DNA of 40,037 nucleotides, from positions 9,994 through 50,030 of the forward strand of contig CAZNAH010000002.1 in the NCBI GenBank assembly GCA_964570735.1. The letters are read 5' to 3'. Under the pieces are notes generated by a model. That model had not been told where the DNA came from. It saw only the letters and a list, made by a program, of their open reading frames with translations, and searched no databases. The stretch is from an uncultured Hyphomicrobiaceae bacterium (GTDB lineage: Bacteria; Pseudomonadota; Alphaproteobacteria; Rhizobiales; Rhodomicrobiaceae). Position 1 is the stretch's first letter. Each line of letters opens with the position of its first letter. A program made the position numbers and the translations under genes. Positions 1 through 8,603 of the stretch are shown here, in pieces.

Positions 1-1
1 C

Positions 2-211
2 GACAGCGTCGCCCTCATCTCCAGAGAGCGCGAGGCGAGCGGCAATGTCTGCGCGGAGCGGGTCGAGAAATTCTGCGAAAGCGCCTCGGCCACCATGCGG
101 GCCATGCTTCTGCGCGCGGAAAACCTCGTCAATTACGGCGAGGCTGAGCCGGTCGAAGCGTCCCAGGAGATGGCCGACCGGCTGCTTCGTTCTCCCGGCG
201 TCGTCAGCTAA
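2..211 (+). CDS. 3' end of an unidentified upstream gene (partial, runs off the window start)
   Basis: The frame is open from base 2 to TAA at 209-211. Third-codon positions are strongly GC-rich, as in the neighbouring che genes. No family motif was recognised. Confidence 0.3.
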   Translation, partial: DSVALISREREASGNVCAERVEKFCESASATMRAMLLRAENLVNYGEAEPVEASQEMADRLLRSPGVVS

Positions 212-228
212 CGAGCGGAGCGATTGCC

Positions 229-2790
229 GTGGACGAACTGCTCCGGGATTTCCTGACCGAAACCAGCGAACTGATCGAGGGGATCGAGGCGCAACTCGTC
301 GTGTTCGAGCAGAACCCCTCCGATCCCGCCCCCATCGCCAGCATTTTCCGCTTCGTGCATACCATAAAGGGCACGGCGAGCTTCCTGGACCTGAACAGGT
401 TGCAGAAGGTCGCCCATTCCACGGAAACGCTGCTCGGCCTGCTGCGCGATGGCGTGCCGCCGACCGAGCGCGCGGTCTCGCTCATCCTGACGGCGATGGA
501 CCGCATCAAGGACATCATGGATGAGGTCGAAGCCCAAGGCTCGGAAGCGCCGGGGGGAGATGCGGACATCACCGACGCCATCGACGCCCTTTGCGAGAAC
601 GGTCTGACCGGCGCGGACGGCTCTGAGCCGCCGCCGGCAAGCTCGTCCTCCACGCCGAAGACGGCCGAAGCGCCGCGCGCGGAAACCGCTGAAAGCGCCG
701 GCCCCAAGCCGGGCGCCAAGGCCGATGCCTCCCGTGTGCAGGGCAGCGCCACCAGTTCGCCCGAGAGCATCCGCGTGAGCGTCGGCACCATCGAGCAGAT
801 CATGGAGTTGGTCTCCGAACTCGTCCTCACCCGCAACCAGTTGCTCGAACTCACACGCAGCCGCGAGGGCGACGCCGTGAAGACGCCGCTGCAACGGCTG
901 TCCGCGCTCACGACGGATTTGCAGGACGCCGTGATGCGCGCCCGCATGCAGCCCGTGGGGCGGCTCTTCGCCAGCCTGCCGCGCCTCGTCCGCGAGCTTT
1001 CCGTCGAGCTCGGGAAAAAAATCGATCTCGTGGCCGAGGGCGCCGACACCGAGCTTGACCGCCAGCTGATCGAGGTGATCCGCGATCCGCTCACCCATCT
1101 CATCCGCAATTGCGCGGACCATGGCATCGAGACTCCCGAAACGCGAAAGGCGGCGGGCAAGCCGGAAGCGGGAACGGTCCGCGTCCGCGCCTTCCATGAG
1201 GCCGGGCAGGTCACGCTCGAAGTCTCGGACGACGGCAAGGGGCTGGACGTGGAGAAAATCCGCGCGAAGGCCATCCGCCTCGGCTTTCTCACAGAGGAGC
1301 AGGCGGCCGTTGTGGGCGAGAGCGAGCTTTACCGCTTCATCCTCGAACCCGGCTTCTCGACCGCCCAGACCGTGACGGCCGTTTCGGGACGCGGCGTCGG
1401 CATGGATGTGGTGCGCTCGAACATCGAGGCGGTCGGAGGCTCCGTTTCACTCACTTCCGAGGCCGGGCGCGGAACGAAGTTCACCCTGCGCATCCCGCTG
1501 ACGCTGGCGATTGCCCCGGCGCTGATCGTGCAGGCGGGCGGCCAGCGTTTCGCCCTGCCTCAGAACGCCGTGCTGGAGGCCGTGGCGCTCGGCGCGGACT
1601 CGCGCCACAGCGTCGAGAAAGTCCAGAGCGCGCTCGTGCTTCGTCTGCGCGACGAGGTGATCCCCGTGATCGACCTGTCCGCCATGCTCAACCTGGAAAC
1701 CCGCGCGAGCGGGGAGTGGACCGGGGGGCTGGTCGTCGTCGTGCGGGTCGGGGCGAACAGTTTCGGCGTCGTGGTCGACGCGGTCTGCGACGTGCAGGAA
1801 ATCGTGGTCAAGCCGCTCAGCGCCTCGCTGTCTCATCTTGGACGCTTCAGCGGGCATACGATCCTGGGCGACGGCTCCGTTGTGCTGATCCTCGATCCGA
1901 GCGGGCTCGCGCAGGCGCTGAACGTCGAGAAGGCCGCCGAAACACCCCTGTCGGCTCAGGAAGCGGAACAACTCGGCAACGCCGCCCTGCTCCTCAAGTT
2001 CCGGGCAGGGCCGGGCGCGACCAAAGTCATCCCGCTGGAGTTCGTCTCGCGCATTCTCAACGTCGAAAGCGCCAAGATCGAGAATGCGGACGGGCGGCTC
2101 GTCATGATGCACCAGGACCGGCTGATGCCGGTGCTGGCGGTAGGCGGCGCAGCCAATCTCAACCGGGCCACGTGTCCCGTGCTCGTCATTTCGGTCGCCG
2201 ACACCCGCTTCGGCCTGCTCGTAGATCAGGTGCTCGATATCCTGCAATACGGCATGGATCTCGAACTCTCCGGGGAGAGCGCCGAGACCTTGGGTGCGCT
2301 CAGCCTGAAGAACCGCGCCGTCGAGGTCATCGACGTCATGCACTTCCTCGCGCTCGCCTTCCCGGACCTGCACCGCGAGCGTCAGGCGGGCCGTGTGCTG
2401 CTCGTCGGCAAGGATATCATGACCCGCACTATGATCGCGCCTGCCCTGATGGCGGCCGGTTATGACGTGAACCTCGTGACTTCGCCGTCGCATGCGCAGG
2501 GCTTCCTGGAAAACGGTGACGCGCCGGACGCGGCGGTGATCGACGCGGCCATGCCGAGCGATGACGCCGAGGCCCTGGCGGCCGCCCTGCAAGGGCTCCG
2601 CGAAACCCTGCCGCTGGTCAGGCTGGTTGGCGACCATGACGGCGCGGCCTCCGCCCTGAGCCTCTTCGCCACGGCGGTTTCGGCCGAAAAGCTTGATCGC
2701 AGGTCCATCCTGCATGCTCTGGCACAGGTGATGCGCAAGACGGCTTCCGGAGAAGCGCGCCGCGCAAGGATTGAAAGGGCAGTCGCATGA
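229..2790 (+). CDS. cheA: Chemotaxis histidine kinase CheA with two CheW-like domains and a C-terminal receiver-like domain
   Basis: 853-aa ORF with a GTG start. It has the Hpt motif FRFVHTIKGTASFL, the N-box HLIRNCADHGIE, the G-boxes DDGKGLD and GRGVGMDVV, then CheW-like segments and a REC-like tail. Its stop overlaps the cheW ATG (ATGA). Confidence 0.9.
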   Translation: MDELLRDFLTETSELIEGIEAQLVVFEQNPSDPAPIASIFRFVHTIKGTASFLDLNRLQKVAHSTETLLGLLRDGVPPTERAVSLILTAMDRIKDIMDEVEAQGSEAPGGDADITDAIDALCENGLTGADGSEPPPASSSSTPKTAEAPRAETAESAGPKPGAKADASRVQGSATSSPESIRVSVGTIEQIMELVSELVLTRNQLLELTRSREGDAVKTPLQRLSALTTDLQDAVMRARMQPVGRLFASLPRLVRELSVELGKKIDLVAEGADTELDRQLIEVIRDPLTHLIRNCADHGIETPETRKAAGKPEAGTVRVRAFHEAGQVTLEVSDDGKGLDVEKIRAKAIRLGFLTEEQAAVVGESELYRFILEPGFSTAQTVTAVSGRGVGMDVVRSNIEAVGGSVSLTSEAGRGTKFTLRIPLTLAIAPALIVQAGGQRFALPQNAVLEAVALGADSRHSVEKVQSALVLRLRDEVIPVIDLSAMLNLETRASGEWTGGLVVVVRVGANSFGVVVDAVCDVQEIVVKPLSASLSHLGRFSGHTILGDGSVVLILDPSGLAQALNVEKAAETPLSAQEAEQLGNAALLLKFRAGPGATKVIPLEFVSRILNVESAKIENADGRLVMMHQDRLMPVLAVGGAANLNRATCPVLVISVADTRFGLLVDQVLDILQYGMDLELSGESAETLGALSLKNRAVEVIDVMHFLALAFPDLHRERQAGRVLLVGKDIMTRTMIAPALMAAGYDVNLVTSPSHAQGFLENGDAPDAAVIDAAMPSDDAEALAAALQGLRETLPLVRLVGDHDGAASALSLFATAVSAEKLDRRSILHALAQVMRKTASGEARRARIERAVA

Positions 2791-3266
2791 CATCGCTTGG
2801 CGAAACGGAAAAGCTGCTGGCCGCAAGCCAGGCTTCAGCGGCCGATACGAGCTACTTCACGGTTTTCGCGGGCGAGGAAGTCTTCGGACTGCCGGTGCGC
2901 AAGACCCAGACCATCTTCCGCGTCGCCGCGCTGACGCCGATTCCGGAAGGGCCGCCCGATATCGTCGGGCTCGTCAACCTGCGCGGCAAGGTCGTGACCG
3001 CCGTCAGCCTGCGCCGGCGGCTGCGATATTCCGACGATGCGACGGTCGCCAATGCGCTGGCCATCACCATCGAGCACAAGGGCGAGTGCTTCGCCCTGAT
3101 CGCGGACCGTGTCGGCGACGTGCTCACGCTCTCGCCCGCCATGCAAATTCCCGTTCCGCCCCATTTCGATGCGGCGAGACGGCGCCTTACTGCCGCTCTC
3201 TACCGTCTGGACGATCTGCTGGTGCCTGTTCTGGACATCGGCGCCGTGTTCGATTTCAGCCGCTGA
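2787..3266 (+). CDS. cheW: Chemotaxis coupling protein CheW
   Basis: 159 aa with a CheW-like core (VFGLPVRKTQTIF...IVGLVNLRGKVVTAVSLRRRL). It is translationally coupled to cheA. Confidence 0.9.
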   Translation: MTSLGETEKLLAASQASAADTSYFTVFAGEEVFGLPVRKTQTIFRVAALTPIPEGPPDIVGLVNLRGKVVTAVSLRRRLRYSDDATVANALAITIEHKGECFALIADRVGDVLTLSPAMQIPVPPHFDAARRRLTAALYRLDDLLVPVLDIGAVFDFSR

Positions 3267-3300
3267 ACGTCTTCGCTTCAAGCCATTCGGGTGCCGACGC

Positions 3301-4188
3301 ATGACCATTCCTCCGCTGCCCAGGCCCACGATGGCGCCTGCCTGGTTCCATGCGCTCCGCGCCTATCTGCGCAAGACGTCGGGCCTCGTGCTCGACACCG
3401 ACAAGGCGTATCTCGCCGAGAATCGCCTCCAGGCGATTTTGCGGCGCGAAAACCTTTCCGGAATGGAAGAACTCGTCCTCCGTCTGGAGCGGGGCGGAAG
3501 CGCGCGGCTCGCCTATGACGTGATGGAGGCGATGACCGTCAACGAGACCTATTTCTTCCGCGACAAAGTGCCGTTCTCGAAATTCCGCGATGTCATGCTT
3601 CCCCACCTCATCGCGAGGCGAAGCCACGAGCGCCGGTTGCGCATCTGGTCGGCGGCCTGTTCGAGCGGGCAGGAGCCTTATTCGCTCGCCCTGATCCTCG
3701 CGGATGCCGCGCCGATGCTGCGCGACTGGACGATCGAAATTCTCGGCACTGACTTGTCAGAAGCCGTGCTCGAAAAGGCGCGAGCCGGACTTTATGAGCC
3801 GTTCGAGGTGAAGCGGGGCCTGCCGGATGCCTTTCTATCCCGCTTTTTCCAGAACACCGGCAAGCAATGGCGGATCAGCAAGCCCATCCGCGATGCGGTG
3901 ACGTTCCGGCGCTTCAATCTGCTCGACGATTTCAGCTCGCTCGGCCGGTTCGACGTGATCTTCTGCCGCAACGTGCTGATCTACTTCGACGTGGAGAGGA
4001 AGATCGACGTCTTCGCACGGCTCGGGCAGGCGCTTCTGCCGGACGGCTATCTGGTGCTCGGGGCGTGCGAAAGCATCCTGGCGACCAGCGGTTCGCCGTT
4101 CCGGGCGCTGGCGGACGGGCCTGGCATCTTCCAGCGGCCAGCGGCAGCGGCGAGCACGGCTGGCGTTGCACCCCTTTGCGCGTCATGA
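3301..4188 (+). CDS. cheR: Chemotaxis protein methyltransferase CheR
   Basis: Motifs ETYFFRD, RIWSAACSSGQEPYSLA and DVIFCRNVLIYFD are present. The ATG at 3301 is preferred over the longer ORF-track start at 3109, which overlaps cheW. Confidence 0.87.
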   Translation: MTIPPLPRPTMAPAWFHALRAYLRKTSGLVLDTDKAYLAENRLQAILRRENLSGMEELVLRLERGGSARLAYDVMEAMTVNETYFFRDKVPFSKFRDVMLPHLIARRSHERRLRIWSAACSSGQEPYSLALILADAAPMLRDWTIEILGTDLSEAVLEKARAGLYEPFEVKRGLPDAFLSRFFQNTGKQWRISKPIRDAVTFRRFNLLDDFSSLGRFDVIFCRNVLIYFDVERKIDVFARLGQALLPDGYLVLGACESILATSGSPFRALADGPGIFQRPAAAASTAGVAPLCAS

Positions 4189-4271
4189 CGCAGGGAACGC
4201 CGCCGCCTTCGCTCTGGACCTCGGAGCACGGGCCGGGTTAGAGTTGCGGACATCCAACCCGAGGGCTGCCC

Positions 4272-4589
4272 ATGTTCATCGCCATGAACCGATTTCGCGT
4301 GCGCCGCGGCGCGGAGGCCGACTTCGAGGCCGTCTGGCTGAACCGCGAGGTCTTCATCAATCGCGAGCCGGGCTTCGTCGCCTTCCATATGCTGAAGGGG
4401 CCAGTGTCCGACGAATACGCGCTTTACGTGTCGCACACGATCTGGGCGAGCCGCGATGCATTCGAGGCGTGGACGCGCTCGGAGAGCTTCCGCGCGGCGC
4501 ACAAGGGGGCGGGCGAGAACAAGCCGCTTTATCTTGAGGCGCCTCAGTTCGAGGGCTTCGACGTGATCCAGCACGTCACGCCCGCTTAA
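4272..4589 (+). CDS. ABM (antibiotic biosynthesis monooxygenase / IsdG-HmoA-like) domain protein
   Basis: 105 aa. The sequence MFIAMNRFRVRRGAEADFEAVW...FVAFHMLKG...WASRDAFEAW is typical of the ABM ferredoxin-like fold family. Confidence 0.65.
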   Translation: MFIAMNRFRVRRGAEADFEAVWLNREVFINREPGFVAFHMLKGPVSDEYALYVSHTIWASRDAFEAWTRSESFRAAHKGAGENKPLYLEAPQFEGFDVIQHVTPA

Positions 4590-4650
4590 CGAACCTCCTC
4601 GGGCTAACCCCCAGCTCTCGCAAAAGACAAGGCGAAGCTTCGGTGAGGCA

Positions 4651-4670
4651 GGGCGCTCATGCGAGCGCCC
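4651..4670. terminator. GC-rich hairpin between convergent genes (possible bidirectional terminator)
   Basis: gggcgctc-atgc-gagcgccc forms a perfect 8-bp stem with a 4-nt loop. It lies between the ABM stop (4589) and the minus-strand stop (4680). There is no clear U-tract. Confidence 0.35.
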
Positions 4671-4679
4671 CGCGCCAGG

Positions 4680-4907
4680 TCACCGTGACGGATTTATCTT
4701 CATCTGAACCTGCTTCTTCTGGACACTCTGGCCTGGCAGCGTGGGGTTTTGCGGGGCCTTCAGCCGGTCGCTGGCCGAGGCGTCGAGCTGACACACCCAG
4801 TTGCCCTGGATCTTGACAGGCTTATAGCCAGGGGCGCAGGCGGATGCGGCGCCGGTCAGGGCCATCGTTGCGGCGGCGAGAGTGGCGGCTGTGAGCATCT
4901 TGTTCAT
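4680..4907 (-). CDS. Small secreted two-Cys protein (75 aa), hypothetical
   Basis: The internal ATG at 4907 is preceded by AAGGGA. The N-terminus MNKMLTAATLAAATMALTGAASA is a signal peptide. The mature part has a Cys pair (CAPGYKPVKIQGNWVC). It is in frame with the upstream GMC remnant. Confidence 0.5.
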   Translation of the reverse strand: MNKMLTAATLAAATMALTGAASACAPGYKPVKIQGNWVCQLDASASDRLKAPQNPTLPGQSVQKKQVQMKINPSR

Positions 4908-5918
4908 GACGGTTCCCTTCGATCGGGGCTCGCCGATGCCGGACACGAGCAGGAGATGCACGTTCCACAGCGCATAGGCGCAGAGCAGCACCATGTCGGC
5001 AGGCTGGAAGAATTCCTGCCCCGTCTTCAGGTCAAGATAGGTTGCGCCGGTCGCGGTCCGCCCGTCGCGCGATTTCTCGACGCGGAGTACCTGCGCGCGG
5101 GGACGAAGCTCGAAATTCTCGTGTCCCCACAGGGGGTCGAGCACGCAGACGATGGGATCGGCCTTCGCCCAATAGCCGCCGCCGAAGCGCTCGCAGAAGC
5201 CGCAATAGACGCAAGGGTGCAGCTGCGCGCCATAGGGGTTCTTGTACTCGACCGAGACGTTGCCGGAGGGGAAGGGGAAGGGGTGAAGCCCGAGCTTCTT
5301 CGCGCCCTCCTCAAACAGCGCGCCCGTATATTGCTGCTTCAGGGGCGGGCAGGGGTATTGCTGCGCGCGCGGCCCCTCGAAGGGGTTCCCGCCTTCCTGA
5401 ATTTCCCCGTTGAGGTTGCCCGCCTTGCCCGAGGCTGCGAAAACCAGCTCCGCCTTGTAGAAATGCGGCTCGAGCTCGTCATAGGTGACGCCGTAATCGC
5501 GGATCGTGACATCCTCGGGAATGAAGCCCGCGCCGTAGCGCTCGGTGTAGTGGCTGCGGAGGGTGAGGTCGGACGGGAGCGGGCGCCAGAACTGCCCGTT
5601 CCAGCGGATCATCGAACCGCCCACGCCTTCGCCGGGCAGGAACGAGCCGAGCCGCCGCATCGGCAGCGCCCGCTGGCGAATGTCATTTCGGAACGTCAGC
5701 GTGTTCTGCTTGACGTCCGTCATATGATCGTAGCGGAGCGCATATTTCAGCTCGTCGTGCTCCTCCGGCGCCTGGAAATTCGGCGACTCATGCCGCATTG
5801 GCCCGCGCTCCAGCACCACGCATTTCCGCCCGGCGTGGCAAAGCTCGTAGGCTGAGACGAGCCCCGTCGCGCCGCCGCCGATGATGAGCACGTCCGTCTT
5901 GGGCAGCCGCCTCGCCAT
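4908..5918 (-). pseudogene. GMC-family FAD flavoprotein subunit (gluconate 2-dehydrogenase-like), C-terminally truncated
   Basis: An N-terminal Rossmann motif DVLIIGGGATGLVSAYEL is followed by GMC N-domain-like sequence up to ...LLLVSGIGEP. The GMC C-terminal catalytic domain is absent. The frame runs directly into the small secreted ORF. Confidence 0.65.
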
Positions 5919-5919
5919 A

Positions 5920-6666
5920 TCAGCCTCCTGCCGCCTGCGCGGGCGCGGCTTGGCGCGGCGGGAGATCGCGCGCGGTGAACTGGGGCGTGCCGACCGTCGG
6001 CCGATGCGCAACGCCCGACGGCTCGCGCCAGTAGACCATGTTGTAGCGATCGACTTCCGTCAGGTAATAGGCATCCGCGCCGGGAAAGCCCACCATGCGC
6101 CAGCCGACATAATCGCGGTTGCCGTTATAGACCGGGTCGGCGAAATATCCCTCGACGGTGTTCATCTGGAGGTATTGGAAGAATGCCCGTCCGGGAACGC
6201 CGTTCAGCGAAAGCTCGCCGCCGCTCAACCGTTTGAGAAGCTCGTCCTTGTCCGCGCCGCTGAAACCGGGGAAGCGGCTCGCGTCTTCGCTGATGATCCC
6301 GGCAAGCGCCCTGCGGTAAAGCTCCGCCGGCGTATAGGGCAGCTGATAGCCCTGCTCCGGCACGCCGGGGAAGAACGGCCCATGCAGATAAAGGCCCTCA
6401 CCCTTGCCCCATTCGGTCGCGAGTTGGAAGTCGATGTAATCGACCACGCCCGCCTCGCTCGCGCTGGGGAACTCGTCCGCCGGAATCAGCCGGTCGACCA
6501 GCGCGGTGAGCACCGCCCCCTCGTCGCGGGTGAGGAAGAAATAGGGCGAGCGGCCCTCGGCGATGCCCTGGGCATGGGCGCATAGCGTTCTGAGGTCGAA
6601 GGCGAGAACCGCGGCGGTCCCTGCGAAGAGGCCCATGGCTGAGCGGCGGCTGATTCTTTGCTGCAA
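5920..6666 (-). CDS. Gluconate 2-dehydrogenase subunit 3 (gamma) family protein, Tat-signal
   Basis: A twin-arginine motif SRRSAMGLFAGTAA is followed by FFLTRDEGAVLTALVDRLIPADEFPSASEAGVVDYID. The TTG start at 6666 is preceded by AGGGAGA; the ORF-track GTG at 6780 is an alternative. The stop lies 1 nt from the flavoprotein ATG. Confidence 0.7.
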   Translation of the reverse strand: MQQRISRRSAMGLFAGTAAVLAFDLRTLCAHAQGIAEGRSPYFFLTRDEGAVLTALVDRLIPADEFPSASEAGVVDYIDFQLATEWGKGEGLYLHGPFFPGVPEQGYQLPYTPAELYRRALAGIISEDASRFPGFSGADKDELLKRLSGGELSLNGVPGRAFFQYLQMNTVEGYFADPVYNGNRDYVGWRMVGFPGADAYYLTEVDRYNMVYWREPSGVAHRPTVGTPQFTARDLPPRQAAPAQAAGG

Positions 6667-6809
6667 AGCGGTCTCCCTGATGACGCCTGCGCCGTGATGC
6701 GTCCTGCGGAGTCCAACGAGATGGGCGGGGCTTGGTTCCGGACGGCGGGAGCGGCCCGCCCGCCGTAATGGGCGGAACACTTCAAGCCCCTTGGCGCTTA
6801 GGGTGACGT

Positions 6810-7184
6810 ATGGTTTTCAAAGGGGGCGTGATCAGACTGATCGAAATTCTCGGAGCGGGCGCGCTCGCCCTGGCGCTGAGTGGCGCCGCGCTCGCCTAGG
6901 CTCCCGAAGGCGTGCTGAAGCCGGTGGGCGGCATGTCCTGCCTCGCCACACAGGCCGATGAGAGCGGGCGCGACCTGATCACCACCAAGCTCGACTGCGA
7001 GTTGCAGCTTTTCCGGGAGGGCCGTCGATACCGCGTCATCGGGCGCATGCAAGGGCCGGGGCTTTACCTCGTCGAGCCGACCGGCGTGCAGGTGTTCTGG
7101 CGCGTGCTCGCCCCCACGGCCAACCTCGACCCGAAATCCGTGAGCGGGGACTATGACATCACCTCGCGGTTCGGCTTCGAATAG
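6810..7184 (+). pseudogene. Small secreted protein gene interrupted by an in-frame TAG between signal peptide and mature domain
   Basis: The ATG at 6810 encodes MVFKGGVIRLIEILGAGALALALSGAALA, then TAG at 6897-6899. The same frame continues as APEGVLKPVGG...SRFGFE to 7184. Third-codon positions are GC-rich on the plus strand. The overlapping 149-aa minus-strand ORF looks like a shadow ORF. Confidence 0.4.
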
Positions 7185-7284
7185 CCCGATCGGCGCTCGG
7201 ATGTCCTCGTCGGCGGGCGGGATGATGTCGTCGCGCTCGAACTGCAATCACCGGTCGTCGATGCCATCCGGCCCTCAACGCGGC

Positions 7285-8229
7285 TCACGCTGGAGGTGCG
7301 CGGCGAGCAAACGGACGCGGGCTAGGCTGCGCCATGGTGGCTTGCGCGACGGGCTGGCGGTTGATGAGAGCCCAAGCCGCGAACAGGCAGGCGGCCAGGT
7401 AGACGGGCGTGACCGGCACCCACATCAGCAGGCCCGAGAGCTGCTGATCCTCCAAAGGCGTCAGTCCCCAGAGCTGGGCGCGCCCGTCATACCATGGGTA
7501 GAGCAGCACCGGCGCAAATGTCAGGATCGCGGCGAGAAAGCCCGAGTGAATGACCGTGGCGAGGCTCGCAGCCATCGCGGCCGGCGCAGCGTGAAGGTGA
7601 CGCGCACCCCGCAATGCGACCGACCAGAAGAGCAGCGCTGTCCCGAAGAAGCTCGCATGTTCGAGCCAGTGCAGCGCTTCGCTGGCGAGCGCGGCTTCAT
7701 AGAGCGCAGGCACGTGCCAGAGCCAGATGGCAGCGGCATGCAGCGCAGTTGCGGCGAAAGGCCCGGCGAGCCCCGCAAAGCGCATGCGCAGCCGCCCGAT
7801 CCGTAGCGCGGCGCGGGGGCCGATCGCCCAGGCCAGCGCCGCGTCCGGCCGCCCCAGCAGCAGAAGTGGCGGGGCGAAAGCGATCAGGATCGCGTGCTGC
7901 GCCATGTGCGCCGATTGCAGGGTCGAGCCGAGCGCATCGAGCGGCGAGACGAGCGCGGCCACGAGAAGCGCCTCGCCTGCGAGGAAAAAGCCGGCCTGAC
8001 GCAGCGAGATGCCGCGCCCCACCCCGGCGGACGACCAGAGCCTGACGAGGCCCCGCCCATAGAGCCAATGCGCAAGGAGGATCGGCAAAACGATCCACCA
8101 GTCGAACGCCCACGCTTGCCAGACGTCGTCCGGCGTGACCGGCAAAACGGTGATATGCGCCATGACCTCGTCGGGCCGCAAAGACAGCGCGGCCGCCGCG
8201 CCCGCCCATGCCCGCCCCGCGCGCCTCAT
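7285..8229 (-). CDS. ctaG: Cytochrome c oxidase assembly factor CtaG (Caa3_CtaG-type membrane protein)
   Basis: A polytopic membrane protein (WWIVLPILLAHWLYGRG..., SAHMAQHAILIAFAPPLLLLG) typical of the caa3-type CtaG family. The start at 8229 overlaps the upstream stop (ATGA). Confidence 0.7.
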   Translation of the reverse strand: MRRAGRAWAGAAAALSLRPDEVMAHITVLPVTPDDVWQAWAFDWWIVLPILLAHWLYGRGLVRLWSSAGVGRGISLRQAGFFLAGEALLVAALVSPLDALGSTLQSAHMAQHAILIAFAPPLLLLGRPDAALAWAIGPRAALRIGRLRMRFAGLAGPFAATALHAAAIWLWHVPALYEAALASEALHWLEHASFFGTALLFWSVALRGARHLHAAPAAMAASLATVIHSGFLAAILTFAPVLLYPWYDGRAQLWGLTPLEDQQLSGLLMWVPVTPVYLAACLFAAWALINRQPVAQATMAQPSPRPFARRAPPA

Positions 8230-8603
8230 GCGCACATCCCGATGGTGAGGATGGGGAGCGCCTGCCACAGGATCGCGAGCCCGGCCGCACCATCGAGCAA
8301 GGCGTTAAGCCAGCTTACGAATTTCTGCCCGCCCTCATGCTCGTCGGATTGCCTGTAGTGGTGCAGCCCATGCCAGGCGACCGCAGCGAGCGCGATGGCC
8401 GTAAGCCCGCCCAGAATGCTTTTCGACAGGATGGGCTGCTGGCCGAGGTCCGACAGATGCGAGCAGGCGACGGCCGTAAAGCCATAGATCAGCAGCAGGT
8501 GCAGCGCCCAGATGATGAAGCCGAACATGAGGCTGCAGAAGGTCGCAATGACGCCGCGCGGGGTTTTCTCTGCCGGGCCGAGCGAGAATTCATCGGATCG
8601 CAT
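8226..8603 (-). CDS. Small integral membrane protein in the oxidase operon (hypothetical, subunit IV-like position)
   Basis: 125 aa with 3-4 hydrophobic helices. It overlaps the end of the subunit I/III ORF and is coupled to ctaG. Confidence 0.45.
   Translation of the reverse strand: MRSDEFSLGPAEKTPRGVIATFCSLMFGFIIWALHLLLIYGFTAVACSHLSDLGQQPILSKSILGGLTAIALAAVAWHGLHHYRQSDEHEGGQKFVSWLNALLDGAAGLAILWQALPILTIGMCA

Noticed and set aside
204-2826. Long minus-strand ORFs (204-1292, 208-1197, 1447-2826) and other long antisense or off-frame ORFs elsewhere in the window (4749-5855 +, 5881-6585 +, 7153-7806 +, 8512-9435 +, 12697-13398 -, 13839-14459 -, 26731-27582 +)
   Set aside because: They lie opposite or out of frame to genes with clear family motifs. 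They are Arg/Gly/Pro/Ala-rich low-complexity translations, as expected for shadow ORFs in high-GC DNA, and they contain no recognisable motifs.
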